Assembly: GCA_965218425.1 (NCBI GenBank)
Contig: OZ244621.1
Coordinates: 4,192,001 to 4,256,000, forward strand
Reading direction: 5' to 3'
Length of the DNA: 64,000 bases
DNA from: an uncultured Candidatus Binatia bacterium
GTDB taxonomy: Bacteria > Desulfobacterota > Binatia > UBA9968 > CAXXLF01
Shown: positions 1 through 10,117 of the stretch, piece after piece
Position numbering within the stretch: position 1 is the stretch's first letter
Layout: the number at the start of each line of letters is the position of its first letter
Notes under the pieces: model-generated
The model's database searches: none
What the model saw: only the letters and a program-made list of their open reading frames with translations
Told to the model about the DNA's origin: nothing
Made by a program: the position numbers and the translations under genes

Positions 1-26
1 TTTCAGAAAATTCTGAGTCCTATCGG

Positions 27-836
27 ATGATTACCCAAAACGACCATGGCGATCTGGCCGGTCAGTTTGCCGCCCATTGGGGAAACGAACTATTTGCGAG
101 ACTCAATCCCTACCAACCCATGGTTCTGGCGGCAGAGGCCCACGACAACGGCTGGTGGGATTGGGACATTCATCCTTCCATTGATGACGAGGGGGCACCC
201 CTTACCTTCACGCGAACGCCGCGGGAATTCAGGTCACACTTTTACGGCAAAGGGATCGATAACGTTATTGAGAGAGATCTCTATGCGGGTCTCATTGTCA
301 GCATGCACGGAACCGGATTGGTTCAACAACGATACGGGACCATGCCCTCCATGGTGAACCGGGAAGATGCATACTCCAAGAAATTCGTGTCCGAGCGTGA
401 GCCCACCCATGAGGGCATGATTGAAAAACTCCGCAGGATGGAACCCTATGCGCTGTTAACCAGCAAGGAGCAGATCTGGCACAATTACTTGATGATGCAG
501 GTCTTCGACCGCCTATCTCTGTTTTTTTGCTCCAACTATGACATTATGGCAGTTGCCACCAGCGGGTCCCATACCAAAGAAGGGGGGAGCTATTACGGAC
601 CGTCCATCCAACCAACTCCTGTGAAGCCTGGTGAATCGGAAGCTGAGCTAACACTTCAAGTTCTGGACAATAAAACCGTCATCGTGGACCCTTACCCCTT
701 CGATGAAACGCCGCTCAGGACAGGCGTTCGCGGCAAGTTGATTCCCAAGGTCAGGTACAACTCACAGGAAGAGTTCCGAGAAATCTTCGGCAAAGCGCAG
801 CGCCAACTGTTCGAGTTTACGCTTCGGGCCAGGTAA
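27..836 (+). CDS. DUF3891-like protein
   Basis: ITQxDH...LAGQFAAHWG, HDNGW and VSMH motifs typical of DUF3891; the true start may lie slightly upstream, at the window edge. Confidence 0.75.
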   Translation: MITQNDHGDLAGQFAAHWGNELFARLNPYQPMVLAAEAHDNGWWDWDIHPSIDDEGAPLTFTRTPREFRSHFYGKGIDNVIERDLYAGLIVSMHGTGLVQQRYGTMPSMVNREDAYSKKFVSEREPTHEGMIEKLRRMEPYALLTSKEQIWHNYLMMQVFDRLSLFFCSNYDIMAVATSGSHTKEGGSYYGPSIQPTPVKPGESEAELTLQVLDNKTVIVDPYPFDETPLRTGVRGKLIPKVRYNSQEEFREIFGKAQRQLFEFTLRAR

Positions 837-1000
837 TCAGGACGGCTGGTGATCTTTGGAAGTGTACTTCGCCCATGGCATGAGTTCTTCCCCCGTTGTC
901 AGAGATCTAATCATCCGTGGTGAGACAATTTTCTTGGATTCTCGACATTTAGAGAATTGGCTTGAACCTGCCCGAGTCGTCAAGATAGTATGAACCAGAT

Positions 1001-2119
1001 ATGAAAGACCGAAACCAGAAATCATCCCCCACCATTGAGATCCGAGGACTATCCAAACGTTTTGTCAGTCAACGCGATCGAGTCATTGCCGTAAAAGACC
1101 TCAACCTGGACATCAAAGCAGGTGAGTTAGTAGCCTTTTTAGGGCCTTCCGGCACGGGCAAGACTACCTTACTGCGCCTCATTGCAGGCTTCGAGAGACC
1201 GGACAGCGGGACCATCAGCATTGATGGGCGACCTGTCGTGGACGTGAGCGGCGATATTGATGTCACTCCTGAGCGACGCAACGTGGGCATGATCTTTCAG
1301 GACTATTCCCTCTTCCCCCACCTGACGGTTGTTGACAACGTAGCCTTTGGGATCAAAAACCTCGCGGACAGCCAGCGTCGAGTGCTAGAGGTATTGGAAT
1401 TGGTGGGTCTCGCCGGCATGCAAAATCGCTACCCCCACCAACTGTCCGGAGGACAGCAACAGCGGGTTGCCCTTGCACGGACCCTTGCACCCCACCCCTC
1501 TGTGATCCTCATGGACGAGCCATTCAATGCTCTGGATGCAACCCTGCGCCCCCAGGTACGGGAACAGGTGGAGGAGATTCTCAGACAAAGCGGGACCACC
1601 GCGATACTAGTGACCCATGATGCTGAGGAAGCCATGATCATGGCAGACCGGGTTGCTGTGGTTTGCAATGGTGGACTGGAACAGGTGGGAACACCGGAGG
1701 AGGTGTACTATCATCCGAAAACCCTGTTTGTTGCCAAGACCGTGGCACAGGCAGACCCTCTGCCGGGAGTCGCTTTTAACGGCAATATACACACAGAGGT
1801 GGGTGATTTTCCATGTCCGTCCAATATCCCCCCGGGAGACGTACACGTTGCGGTCTACCATGACGCGGTGAGTTACAAATCCGGCGGAATATGCGCCACG
1901 GTGGAGAAACGGGCGTTTAGGGGAGAGTTGATTTACCGCCTGCGTCTTGCCTCAGGGACCATCATACATATGGAGCAACGAACCCGGGGCACATGGTCCG
2001 TAGGAGAGCAGATATCTATTGGGGTCTCCTTTCCTAATGTCATCGTATTTCCAGCTCAAAGTGCAGAGAAACCCACTGTCTACAGCCACCTACGGGAACA
2101 GCCCGAGAAGGCCGAATAG
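1001..2119 (+). CDS. ABC transporter ATP-binding protein (FbpC/PotA-like)
   Basis: Walker A GPSGTGKT, signature LSGGQQQR, Walker B ILMDE, VTHD switch, C-terminal TOBE-like region. Confidence 0.95.
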   Translation: MKDRNQKSSPTIEIRGLSKRFVSQRDRVIAVKDLNLDIKAGELVAFLGPSGTGKTTLLRLIAGFERPDSGTISIDGRPVVDVSGDIDVTPERRNVGMIFQDYSLFPHLTVVDNVAFGIKNLADSQRRVLEVLELVGLAGMQNRYPHQLSGGQQQRVALARTLAPHPSVILMDEPFNALDATLRPQVREQVEEILRQSGTTAILVTHDAEEAMIMADRVAVVCNGGLEQVGTPEEVYYHPKTLFVAKTVAQADPLPGVAFNGNIHTEVGDFPCPSNIPPGDVHVAVYHDAVSYKSGGICATVEKRAFRGELIYRLRLASGTIIHMEQRTRGTWSVGEQISIGVSFPNVIVFPAQSAEKPTVYSHLREQPEKAE

Positions 2120-2252
2120 AAAATTACCTAGAGCAGTTTCAGATGGCTTTGCGCCATGTTCTGCAATCTCTGATCCCTACTCCTATTTATCCTCCAGCCT
2201 CGAATCTCATTCCTTGTGCCTCACCACTCAGTACCAAGCGCCTTGGCGCTTA

Positions 2253-2630
2253 TTATCCGTGGGTGGACTGACTTCCCGGAACTGTCACCGTAATATGCGA
2301 CATGGAAGAGTCTGCCTTCGCGCCATGCCAATGACGCTCGCCAGCCTTGATGTGCACCACATCCCCCACCGTTATCTCACTCTCTTCTTTGTCGGTGGCC
2401 ACCATGCCTCTGCCGGCAGTGATTATTAAAATCTGGTCACAGTTGTGAGTATGCCATCCCGTGGTGGCACCCTTGTGGAAGTTGACCATGTTAGAGCGAA
2501 AGTTATTGGAATCCTCCTCACCGATAATAACTTGCCGTGTCCGGCTTACCTCGCCGCCGGTCCACCCGGGAATCGGAGTTGCGCTGTCCATGGGCTTTTC
2601 GGGCAACTTCTTAATTGTAAGTACACGCAT
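2253..2630 (-). CDS. Cupin domain protein
   Basis: WHTH...DQIL and GERHWHGA cupin motifs; start placed at ATG 2630 downstream of an AAGGAGGT RBS. Confidence 0.85.
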   Translation of the reverse strand: MRVLTIKKLPEKPMDSATPIPGWTGGEVSRTRQVIIGEEDSNNFRSNMVNFHKGATTGWHTHNCDQILIITAGRGMVATDKEESEITVGDVVHIKAGERHWHGAKADSSMSHITVTVPGSQSTHG

Positions 2631-2749
2631 ACGTATTGTCACCTCCTTATTTTTTTGGCAGTCTATTTCCCGCAGGACATGAATGTCAATTCCAATAAGT
2701 TTTGGTCGGAGCAACGACTTCACTCAATATGGCTTTCCCTCTGCTTGTT

Positions 2750-3050
2750 GTTCATCTCGATTTACGTATTTTGCCTTTTTCCTTTTAACGTGTACTTTTT
2801 CTCATCTCATTCTCATCAATTCTCGATCCTTTATCCTCAATCTTCGGCTCGTTCCCCGAATTCTCTATCCCCTACTCCCTTGTTCTAGTCCTTTGCTCTT
2901 TTTTCCTTTGATTACGAGCACGAACACGTCCTTTCCCCTTGTCCATCGTCCCGTAGTCCAGCTGTCTTTCCCGCTCTATGCTTCTTTCCCTCTCTCCCTA
3001 ACACTCAACACTTAACACCTCTCCGCCTACACCCAACCCTCTAATCCCTG
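2750..3050 (+). repeat. Pyrimidine-rich mosaic of degenerate 6-7-bp tandem repeats
   Basis: Successive blocks tctcgatcctttatcctcaatc, ctatcccctactccct, gattacgagcacgaacacg, gtcccgtagtcc, aacactcaacacttaacac, cctacacccaaccctctaatccct. Confidence 0.65.
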
Positions 3051-3068
3051 GTCTTATCACTTTGCGCC

Positions 3069-4514
3069 CCTGTCAAGCCATCAAATAATCTAACCCTAGC
3101 CGGGTTCGTTGCGTCATGACAAAATCTAACCGAACTTCTGTGACATCTGTCGTTTTATCTCCTGTTGCTGGCCCTGCAGTTTCTTGCTAAACGTCCACTC
3201 CCTCCACGGCGTGTGTTTCAGAGGCGGCCTTTCCCGCGGTGCTCTGTCTGAATGGCTGGCCAGCTTGTAGAGCCCCTGAAGTTGCTCATCGATTCGGCCA
3301 CAGAGCTCAAAGGGATCGGTTGTCTTAAGCGTGTGACTGAGGGCTGCCAGCTTTTTGGGATCTCCCTTTCGGGACTCCACCACTCGCTCAAGGGGGCTAC
3401 GGGGCATGTCATAGCGGCGAATCAGTCGAGAGCCTTTACGGATTTTACATTGTAGCTTCATCGAGGGCTGGAACAGATTGTGGAAGATCCTAAGCTCATC
3501 ATAGAGTCGGTTGGTAACCTCTAAGGCCTTTGCCGTGTCGTAGCGGTCCCAGCCTATAAGCTTTCTGACATGGGTCCAGTTTTTCTGCTCGATGTGGGCG
3601 TTGTCGTCCTTTTTGTAGGGGCGTGAGCGGGTGAACTGGATGACGCGGCCAGATGGGCGTTGTTGACACAAGGTAAGAAGTTGGTTGTTGATGAACTCGC
3701 TGCCGTTGTCGGAGTCGATCCCCTTGAGGGGGAAAGGAAGTTGGTGTTCGATCTCGGTGACCGCATTCAAGATACCGAGGCTGCCCTTACCCATGACAGC
3801 CTTGCGCTGTACCCAGCAGGTGGTAATGTCCACGCAGTCCAGGCTATGAATAAACTCCCCAACCGCTGAGGCCCCTGAGTGTAACACCAGGTCAATCTCC
3901 AGATAGCCCGGAGTGTTCACGTCCCAATGATCGGTCTTGATGGGAATCATCTGCTTTAGCAGTGATCCGGGCCGGGTGGTGCCATAGACTCGCCGTTTCG
4001 CCCTGTGCTTGGTTGCCCTCAGGCGCCGATCCATCTGACGGGCACTGATAGCCAATAGCTGGATCTCTAACGGTTGGCTCAGCTCGAAGTGTTGCCTTAT
4101 CCAGGGCAGCCAGTGCACCAGGGCGGCCTTCAGACGTTGGGAGCACAGATACCCCGAGGCCTCCCACACCTTTGCCAAAATCCTTACCATCGCCTGACTG
4201 TATGCAGGCGAGCGAGATACACTTCGTTTGCGTACGGCTACTTCGGGCACAGGGCGGTTTAACAGCCAGATGGCATATTTACGGTTGTAGCCGCAAACCT
4301 TGCAGAATTGCTCCAGGATCATCCCCTTCTCCGCCCGTGGTGCGTGCTGGTAGCGGTCATAGATGGATCGTAAATACTCCCGCTTGGATCGTCGTGCCAT
4401 GATGAATCCTTCCATGGTTGCCCTCCTTGAGCCCTAAAATGAGCCCTTGGAGGGTTAGAATTACAAATGGCGCAACGAATGGTCTTAGGGTTAGATTATA
4501 CATGGCGCAATACG
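3069..4514 (-). mobile_element. Insertion sequence, ISNCY-like (single rve/DDE transposase)
   Basis: Two-unit subterminal inverted repeats (core GGTTAGA-N7/8-ATG) at both ends; candidate 5-bp target duplication GCGCC at 3064-3068 and 4515-4519. Confidence 0.8.
3126..4400 (-). CDS. DDE (integrase core) transposase
   Basis: LEIDLV, IDSDNGSEF and RSRPYKKDDNAHIEQKN catalytic motifs; N-terminal CGYNRKYAI helix-turn-helix region. Confidence 0.92.
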   Translation of the reverse strand: MARRSKREYLRSIYDRYQHAPRAEKGMILEQFCKVCGYNRKYAIWLLNRPVPEVAVRKRSVSRSPAYSQAMVRILAKVWEASGYLCSQRLKAALVHWLPWIRQHFELSQPLEIQLLAISARQMDRRLRATKHRAKRRVYGTTRPGSLLKQMIPIKTDHWDVNTPGYLEIDLVLHSGASAVGEFIHSLDCVDITTCWVQRKAVMGKGSLGILNAVTEIEHQLPFPLKGIDSDNGSEFINNQLLTLCQQRPSGRVIQFTRSRPYKKDDNAHIEQKNWTHVRKLIGWDRYDTAKALEVTNRLYDELRIFHNLFQPSMKLQCKIRKGSRLIRRYDMPRSPLERVVESRKGDPKKLAALSHTLKTTDPFELCGRIDEQLQGLYKLASHSDRAPRERPPLKHTPWREWTFSKKLQGQQQEIKRQMSQKFG

Positions 4515-4519
4515 GCGCC

Positions 4520-4548
4520 TTGACCTCATGAACCTTATGGAATACCCT
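4520..4548 (+). promoter_or_regulatory. Putative sigma70 promoter for the 4600 gene
   Basis: TTGACC-17 bp-TACCCT immediately outside the IS target duplication. Confidence 0.45.
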
Positions 4549-4599
4549 TGATCCGAAGTTGGCGCAGGGTCGGAGGACTCATTGAAGGGAGGGAACTCC

Positions 4600-5502
4600 A
4601 TGAGCATGAGACTCGTTTTGGAAACCACGGCTCCTTTCCAGGGGCTACCAGAATTGGTGGCTCATAAGGAGGGATTGTTCGCCGCCGAGGGGTTGGAGGT
4701 GGAGTTTGTCAAAAGAGGCGAGAACGCACCCACAAAGGTGGACCCCACCATCACAAGCCACACCGCCGCTAACGCGTTCGGGAGCCATGGAAGCAGTGCG
4801 GAGCAGGGGAAAGCGGCCATGTTCAACGCCTGCGAGTGGGGCAACTATTGCCGTGTGGAGCAGTCCTCTACTGGCGGCCGCCAGCTGGGCCGTCGAGCCA
4901 TCGTCACTTACGGTGCCATCGCAGTTGCGCCGGATTCCGATATTTATACGCCCCAACAGCTTGCGCACAAAACCGTGGGTGTGCCCTACTACGCCGGTAC
5001 TCACTACCTCGCAATGCTAATGTTGGAAGGGTTCCTCCCGCGGGAGGCAGTCAAGACCTGCCTTGCGCCCAACGGCGCCAAGCTTCGATTGGCTGCCCTG
5101 CTGAACGACGAAATGGACGCTACCACCATCACCGAGCCCTACATCACCGTCGCCGAGCGCAAGGGCTGCCGCATCGTTGTGGAGGCCCCCTATCACGGAA
5201 CCGAGGTGGCCAGTCCGTCGGTGGACGGAGCAACCTACGCTGCCTTCAACCGCGCCGTACGGGAAGCGGTTCATCGTATCAACACCAACAAGCGAAAGTA
5301 CCTCCAATATTTTATCGACCATCACAAGGCCGACCCAGACGTGGCGGCGCTCAACGTGGACGATTTGCGGCCTTCGCGGCTGATTGTCGTAGAGCCCGGC
5401 CCCATCCCAGAGGACGAGTTGCAGCGAACCTACGAGTGGATGCGTGGTTGGAATTTGCTGGGGGAGATGGACTGGCGGTCCCTGGTTGCCAATCGCCAGT
5501 AA
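4600..5502 (+). CDS. SsuA/THI5/NMT1-like periplasmic-binding-fold protein without a signal peptide
   Basis: VAxxEGLFAAEGLEVEFV, QLAHKTVGV, DATTITEPYITVA motifs; no hydrophobic N-terminal leader. Confidence 0.75.
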   Translation: MSMRLVLETTAPFQGLPELVAHKEGLFAAEGLEVEFVKRGENAPTKVDPTITSHTAANAFGSHGSSAEQGKAAMFNACEWGNYCRVEQSSTGGRQLGRRAIVTYGAIAVAPDSDIYTPQQLAHKTVGVPYYAGTHYLAMLMLEGFLPREAVKTCLAPNGAKLRLAALLNDEMDATTITEPYITVAERKGCRIVVEAPYHGTEVASPSVDGATYAAFNRAVREAVHRINTNKRKYLQYFIDHHKADPDVAALNVDDLRPSRLIVVEPGPIPEDELQRTYEWMRGWNLLGEMDWRSLVANRQ

Positions 5503-6323
5503 CACGTCTCCCGCAGCTCGGCTACCATCCACCCCGGTCATCAGAGGTGGAGATCAAAGACTTAACCATGGGCTCAATAATCATCTTGTTGGTGGCGTTG
5601 GTGTTGCCTTGTGCGGCTAATGCCACCGGACTCAAACGTTGTATAGACCGCAGGTAACAGCATCAGCAAGCCAAACTCAATGTCTTGAGGTCCGGCCGGC
5701 GGCCTGAGCGCATCGATAAAATGCATATGCCGCCCCTAGCGCAGGCGGTCCTCGAGATTTACAATGTGGCCTTTAGTCCGAAGTAGGCAAAGTTAGAAGT
5801 ATGGCCGGGTCCTCGAAAAGAGGCGTCCCTCTTTACTCAGTGGACTTCGCGGCGGCCACGCATCGAGCACGAAGTTTCAGATTACGCTACCCCATGAGCC
5901 CGGTAGGTAGTGTTGGGAGGTTAGCTTTAGACAGACCGACGATGGTCGTATGATCCCGGGGGAGCCAAAAAAGCTTTGTACCTTACTGAAAACAAAACCA
6001 ATAACCTGCTCTTCCGCAGAAGTGACCCCAAATCCTTCAGTACTAAATTGCTGCTGTCACTTCCATCTCCAACAGGCTTGTGTCCCCGGCAAATCCGTCC
6101 ACGAAGACGAATTCAAGCTGAGGCACTTCAGCTCTGTTCGCTTTCTTGAGAACCCCCTGGAGTGTCTCCAACCTCTGAGTGCGACTGAGATGCGAAAATT
6201 TATATATAGTTATACCCGGTTAAGGTGAGATCAAATGACTGGTCGTGCGGCCCACTATGCCAACGGCAGATTAAGCTTCAACCATTCCGCACAACCTTCC
6301 AGCTATAAAATATCTAAATCAAT

Positions 6324-7427
6324 CTACCTCAGGCCCAGCAGCTTGAAGTAGAAAGTTTCAGATTTTTTCAGCACCTCTTCGGTAAAGATCTTGGAGATCT
6401 CATCCGGCGGTGGGATATCTGCGTTTTCAATTGTGGCTCCCTGTTTGGCCAACCAGTCCATCAACCTGCCCTGCTTGGCCTTTTTGTTTAGCGGAAAATT
6501 AGCGCCTACCTTGTCCGTGTGCTCGAATTGTCCTTCCGGCGAAGTCATGTAATCAATAAACAACCAGGCGGCCGCCGGGTGAGACGCGTACTTGGGCACC
6601 GATAGGGTGCGGTACCCGCCATGAAACTTGGGAAAAGCGATAATGCCGATGGGCGCCTTTTTGAGGGCGAGACGCACAGGAGGGCCCGGGGCTACAAACC
6701 AGAAGGCTTCCAGTTCGCCGGAAGCAATACGATTCATTCCGCCCCTATACCCACGAGCCACCAGTGGCTTCTGATTCTTAACGAGTTTCTCAAAGAAGTC
6801 GAAGGCTCGCTTCCAGTTGAGCTTCCTGTTTTCGCGCCACAGCCAGGCAAGGTTGGCAGGGATCTCTTCACTTGAGCGAGAGAGCAGGGCTTTCCCATTC
6901 CATCGAGGATTGAGCATATCCTCCCAGGACCTCGCAACCTCATGGCGAGGAACAAGGTCCGTATTGTACGCCCCTTGAAACCGGGGGAAGGAGGTCATGG
7001 CCACGTAAAGTCCATGGGAAGGCTGACTATTCGGAAAAAAATCTTTTAAATGAGGGAACGTCATTTTCTGCACGATACGGCGTCTTGCCAGTGTCTCGCC
7101 TCCATCGTCGCCCACATGGACCACATCAATACTGGATTTTTTGACGCGATTTTCCAAAAACACTCTATTGATGGTGTCTCTAGTATTGGAAGGTCGCGCC
7201 TGGACTTTGAGAAAGGGATACCTTTTTCGAAACCCTTTGAACTCATCGCGCCATTGATCCACCTGGCTTCCGGCAAGTACCACCCTTCCCTCTTTTTTTG
7301 CCTGAGCGGTCATTTTATCTCGAAGAGACTCAGCTCTCGCATGAGTACCAACGACCGGTAACAACACAAAAGAAAGAATAAGGACCAGGGCAATTAGCCT
7401 GGAACTAATAAATTTTGTCGCTCCCAT
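6324..7427 (-). CDS. ABC transporter extracellular solute-binding protein (Fe/thiamine class)
   Basis: Signal peptide, AKKEGRVV, YNTDLV, SWEDMLNPRWNGK, ASHPAAAWLFIDYMTSPEGQ. Confidence 0.9.
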   Translation of the reverse strand: MGATKFISSRLIALVLILSFVLLPVVGTHARAESLRDKMTAQAKKEGRVVLAGSQVDQWRDEFKGFRKRYPFLKVQARPSNTRDTINRVFLENRVKKSSIDVVHVGDDGGETLARRRIVQKMTFPHLKDFFPNSQPSHGLYVAMTSFPRFQGAYNTDLVPRHEVARSWEDMLNPRWNGKALLSRSSEEIPANLAWLWRENRKLNWKRAFDFFEKLVKNQKPLVARGYRGGMNRIASGELEAFWFVAPGPPVRLALKKAPIGIIAFPKFHGGYRTLSVPKYASHPAAAWLFIDYMTSPEGQFEHTDKVGANFPLNKKAKQGRLMDWLAKQGATIENADIPPPDEISKIFTEEVLKKSETFYFKLLGLR

Positions 7428-8140
7428 AGGGCCGATCCTCCTTTTGGAATGTGTTTCCCAAGTCTCTTTTACACCCTTATCTTGAGTACGTTTAAATCTA
7501 ACTAAACCTCGCGGTTACGCACTGCCCACTCTGGCAGGGTCCCGCGCAACTGTCAAGGTACGAGTATGTGGAGATGTTTCCAAAGTTTCAATTTTACCGC
7601 CCTAAAAGCCATGGTGTTCCTTCTTTATTTTAGTGCGAAGGATCGAGTGCACGTCGCTTACTATCCCTCACCTTCCTCGCTTAAGACTTAACACTGTTGT
7701 CGCCGCCTTCTGCCCGTCTCCCTCCCTGCCCTCTGCTCCCTGGTTGTCAGTAGTCCTGTGGTCATCTGTTTGAAGAAGGGATATGATCGTCGTAACTGGT
7801 GGGGCGCCACCACCAGCGGGATCCGAGTATTTCTGTGGGTGCGAAGGCCCGGTAAAGAGCCGTATGGAGTTCGATGCTGATAACAAGGTTACTCGAATTG
7901 AGATCCTCGAAGGCCCTTTTTTTAGCGTGACGTCGCAGAGAGCACGCTTATGGGTCCAGCAAAGGGCACAGCAAGAAACCCATGGCAGAACTAAAATAGC
8001 ATAGCAGGGAAGGCGGGGCATAAAGCCATATATTCATGTTTGACTTGACCCGCAGCTGACAGTCGAGGTAAAAATCGATGCTCCTAGTCTGTCAGTTGAA
8101 AGAGGGACGAGAAACCGTAGAGGCCTGCTCCGCCGCCCGT

Positions 8141-8581
8141 TTACAATCGAAACCACTCCAGCAGCATTGGTTGTGGAAAGGGAATGACAAAAATATAACC
8201 TAGCAAATAGATCACGCTCCCCAGGACCACCCCTACCAGCAACCCAAGCAACCAACGACGCGTTTCCAGCGTAATGTAGAGCCAGGGGAACATGACGGCC
8301 ATTGTGACGAAGCCAGCCAATACGATTATACAGAGGGCAAACACCGCTCCTCCTACGATTAGGGCGAGCCGACGTGCTTCTTGCTGAAATTCATGCCAAT
8401 GCAGGCGGGGAACGGACGGATCCACAATGATTCTTATTCCTGCGATGGTGACCAGGACCAATAGAACAGAGCCGATCGACCATGGCACTAGACTGGCAAT
8501 CTTTCCGTGGGAAAAACCAGCGCCAATAAAAACCAATGTGAGGACTAAAATTGCCAGTAGGAATAAATTTTCGGCTTTCAT
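8141..8581 (-). CDS. tctB: Tripartite tricarboxylate transporter small membrane subunit
   Basis: About 146 aa with four to five hydrophobic segments ending VIPFP, directly downstream of tctA; start after a GGAG RBS. Confidence 0.7.
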   Translation of the reverse strand: MKAENLFLLAILVLTLVFIGAGFSHGKIASLVPWSIGSVLLVLVTIAGIRIIVDPSVPRLHWHEFQQEARRLALIVGGAVFALCIIVLAGFVTMAVMFPWLYITLETRRWLLGLLVGVVLGSVIYLLGYIFVIPFPQPMLLEWFRL

Positions 8582-8588
8582 ACTCCGC

Positions 8589-10073
8589 TCATGACTTCCT
8601 TCGCAAAAGACTAAGCACGGGTCGGTACACGAGCATGGACAAACACAGGATAACGAGAATCCAAGCAATGGGGGAAGAAAACATAAACAAGGGCCCAAAG
8701 GCTGCCTGTGCTAATTTATAATTTCGCTCCGCGAGGCCACCCAGAATAAAACCAAGCAGGAAGGTCGCCTTGCTGTAACCAAACTTGCTCATGGCGTAGC
8801 CAAAGAAACTGAACAGAAACAGCACCAAGTAGTGTCCCAACTCTTGTGAGGCCAAATAGGTACTGAGGAATGCAAAAACCAAAAGCGTCGGGGCCAGAAT
8901 GTAACCTGGGAAATAGGCTAAACGGGCAATGTGTGAAGCCAACAATCCAACACCCAAAGCGGCCAGGGCGTTGCCCCAGATGATAATCCAAAGCAAGGTG
9001 AAGGAAATCTCAGGGAACTTCCAAAGCATTCCTGGTCCGGCGGGTAATCCAGCAAGCATGAAAGCGCCAATCAAGATCGCCCAGGTGGCACTTCCTGGTA
9101 CCCCAAATGCCACGGTGGTCAAGAAACCGCTGGCCTCCCCCGATTCGTTTGATGTTTCAGTGGCTATTACCCCTTCCACGCATCCCTTACCGAACTCCTG
9201 CGCACGGCCCGAAGTTTGTCTGGCGTGCCCATAGGCCAGCCAGATCCCAACCACGGATCCGACCCCGGGGATGAGTCCTGTGAAACATCCGATAGCGGTA
9301 GCCCTCAACCAGAGCCCAAAATGGCGGAAGAGGTCTTTGACTCCTTCCAACATGTCACTGAAGGGAAGATGAATTGGTGCGTCCCGGCTCGTCTTAAAAG
9401 AAGGTTCCAAAGCGAGTTCGATTGCCGCAGGAACCGTAAATATCCCCATGACCACGGGGATAATGGGAACACCTTCCAACAGGTAGGTTTGGCCAAAGGA
9501 AAAGCGATAGACACCCGAATAAGCATGAAAGCCAACCGTCGAAAGCAGCAAACCTAAAAACCCGGCAATGAGAGCCCTGAGTGGATTTTCTCGGCCTAAC
9601 TCCGCAATAAACAGGATACCAAGCAGGATGACCAGGAAGATCTCGGGCGATCTGAAAGAAAAAACTAAAGGGCGGATCACAGGAACGAGCGGCAGGATCA
9701 TGAATCCTCCAACCAAGCCACCCAAGCCCGAGGACGCCATGGCCGCCCCTACGGCCCTGGCCCCCTGGCCTTTTTGTGTCATTGGATAACCCTCTATGAT
9801 AGTGGCTACATTGGTTACTGTCCCCGGCACGCCAAACAAGATGGAAGTGACGGCACCACCAATGGAACTCGCCACAGTGAGAGCGGCAAGAAAACTCAAC
9901 CCTTACTCAGGAGGCAAGACAAAGGCCAGTGGTAATACCAAGCCGTAGATGTGAAATGCACCGATGCCTGGAATGGCCCCTAAAACGGCGCTAATGACGA
10001 GGCCAGCCAAGACAAAAGGAAAGATATGCAGTTGGAACGGCGCAATAATGCCGTGAAGAAACGCTTCAAGCAT
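8589..10073 (-). pseudogene. tctA: Tripartite tricarboxylate transporter large subunit with an in-frame stop
   Basis: MLEAFLHG...GAIPGIG...LPPE*GLSFLAAL: TAA at 9903-9905 interrupts an otherwise continuous frame with GVPGT, GVIATETSNES and AFGVPGS motifs. Confidence 0.85.
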
Positions 10074-10117
10074 CTAATGTCAAAGGGAGTTGGGTTGAGC
10101 CGGTCTTTCCTGCGCCT

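Noticed and set aside
2445..3015. ORFs of 147 aa and 110 aa
   Set aside because: Antisense to the cupin or translations of the low-complexity repeat mosaic (Ser/Phe/Leu/Pro-rich)
2750..3050. CRISPR-like array in the repeat-rich spacers
   Set aside because: No constant 23-47-bp repeat with regular spacers, and no cas genes in the window
7783..8004. 73-aa ORF with a possible RBS
   Set aside because: No recognisable motif; cannot be supported without a search
9903..9905. Stop-codon recoding (Sec/Pyl or alternative code) for the in-frame stops
   Set aside because: This stop is TAA, the TAG at 54797 sits beside a frameshift, and all three stop codons end normal genes in the window
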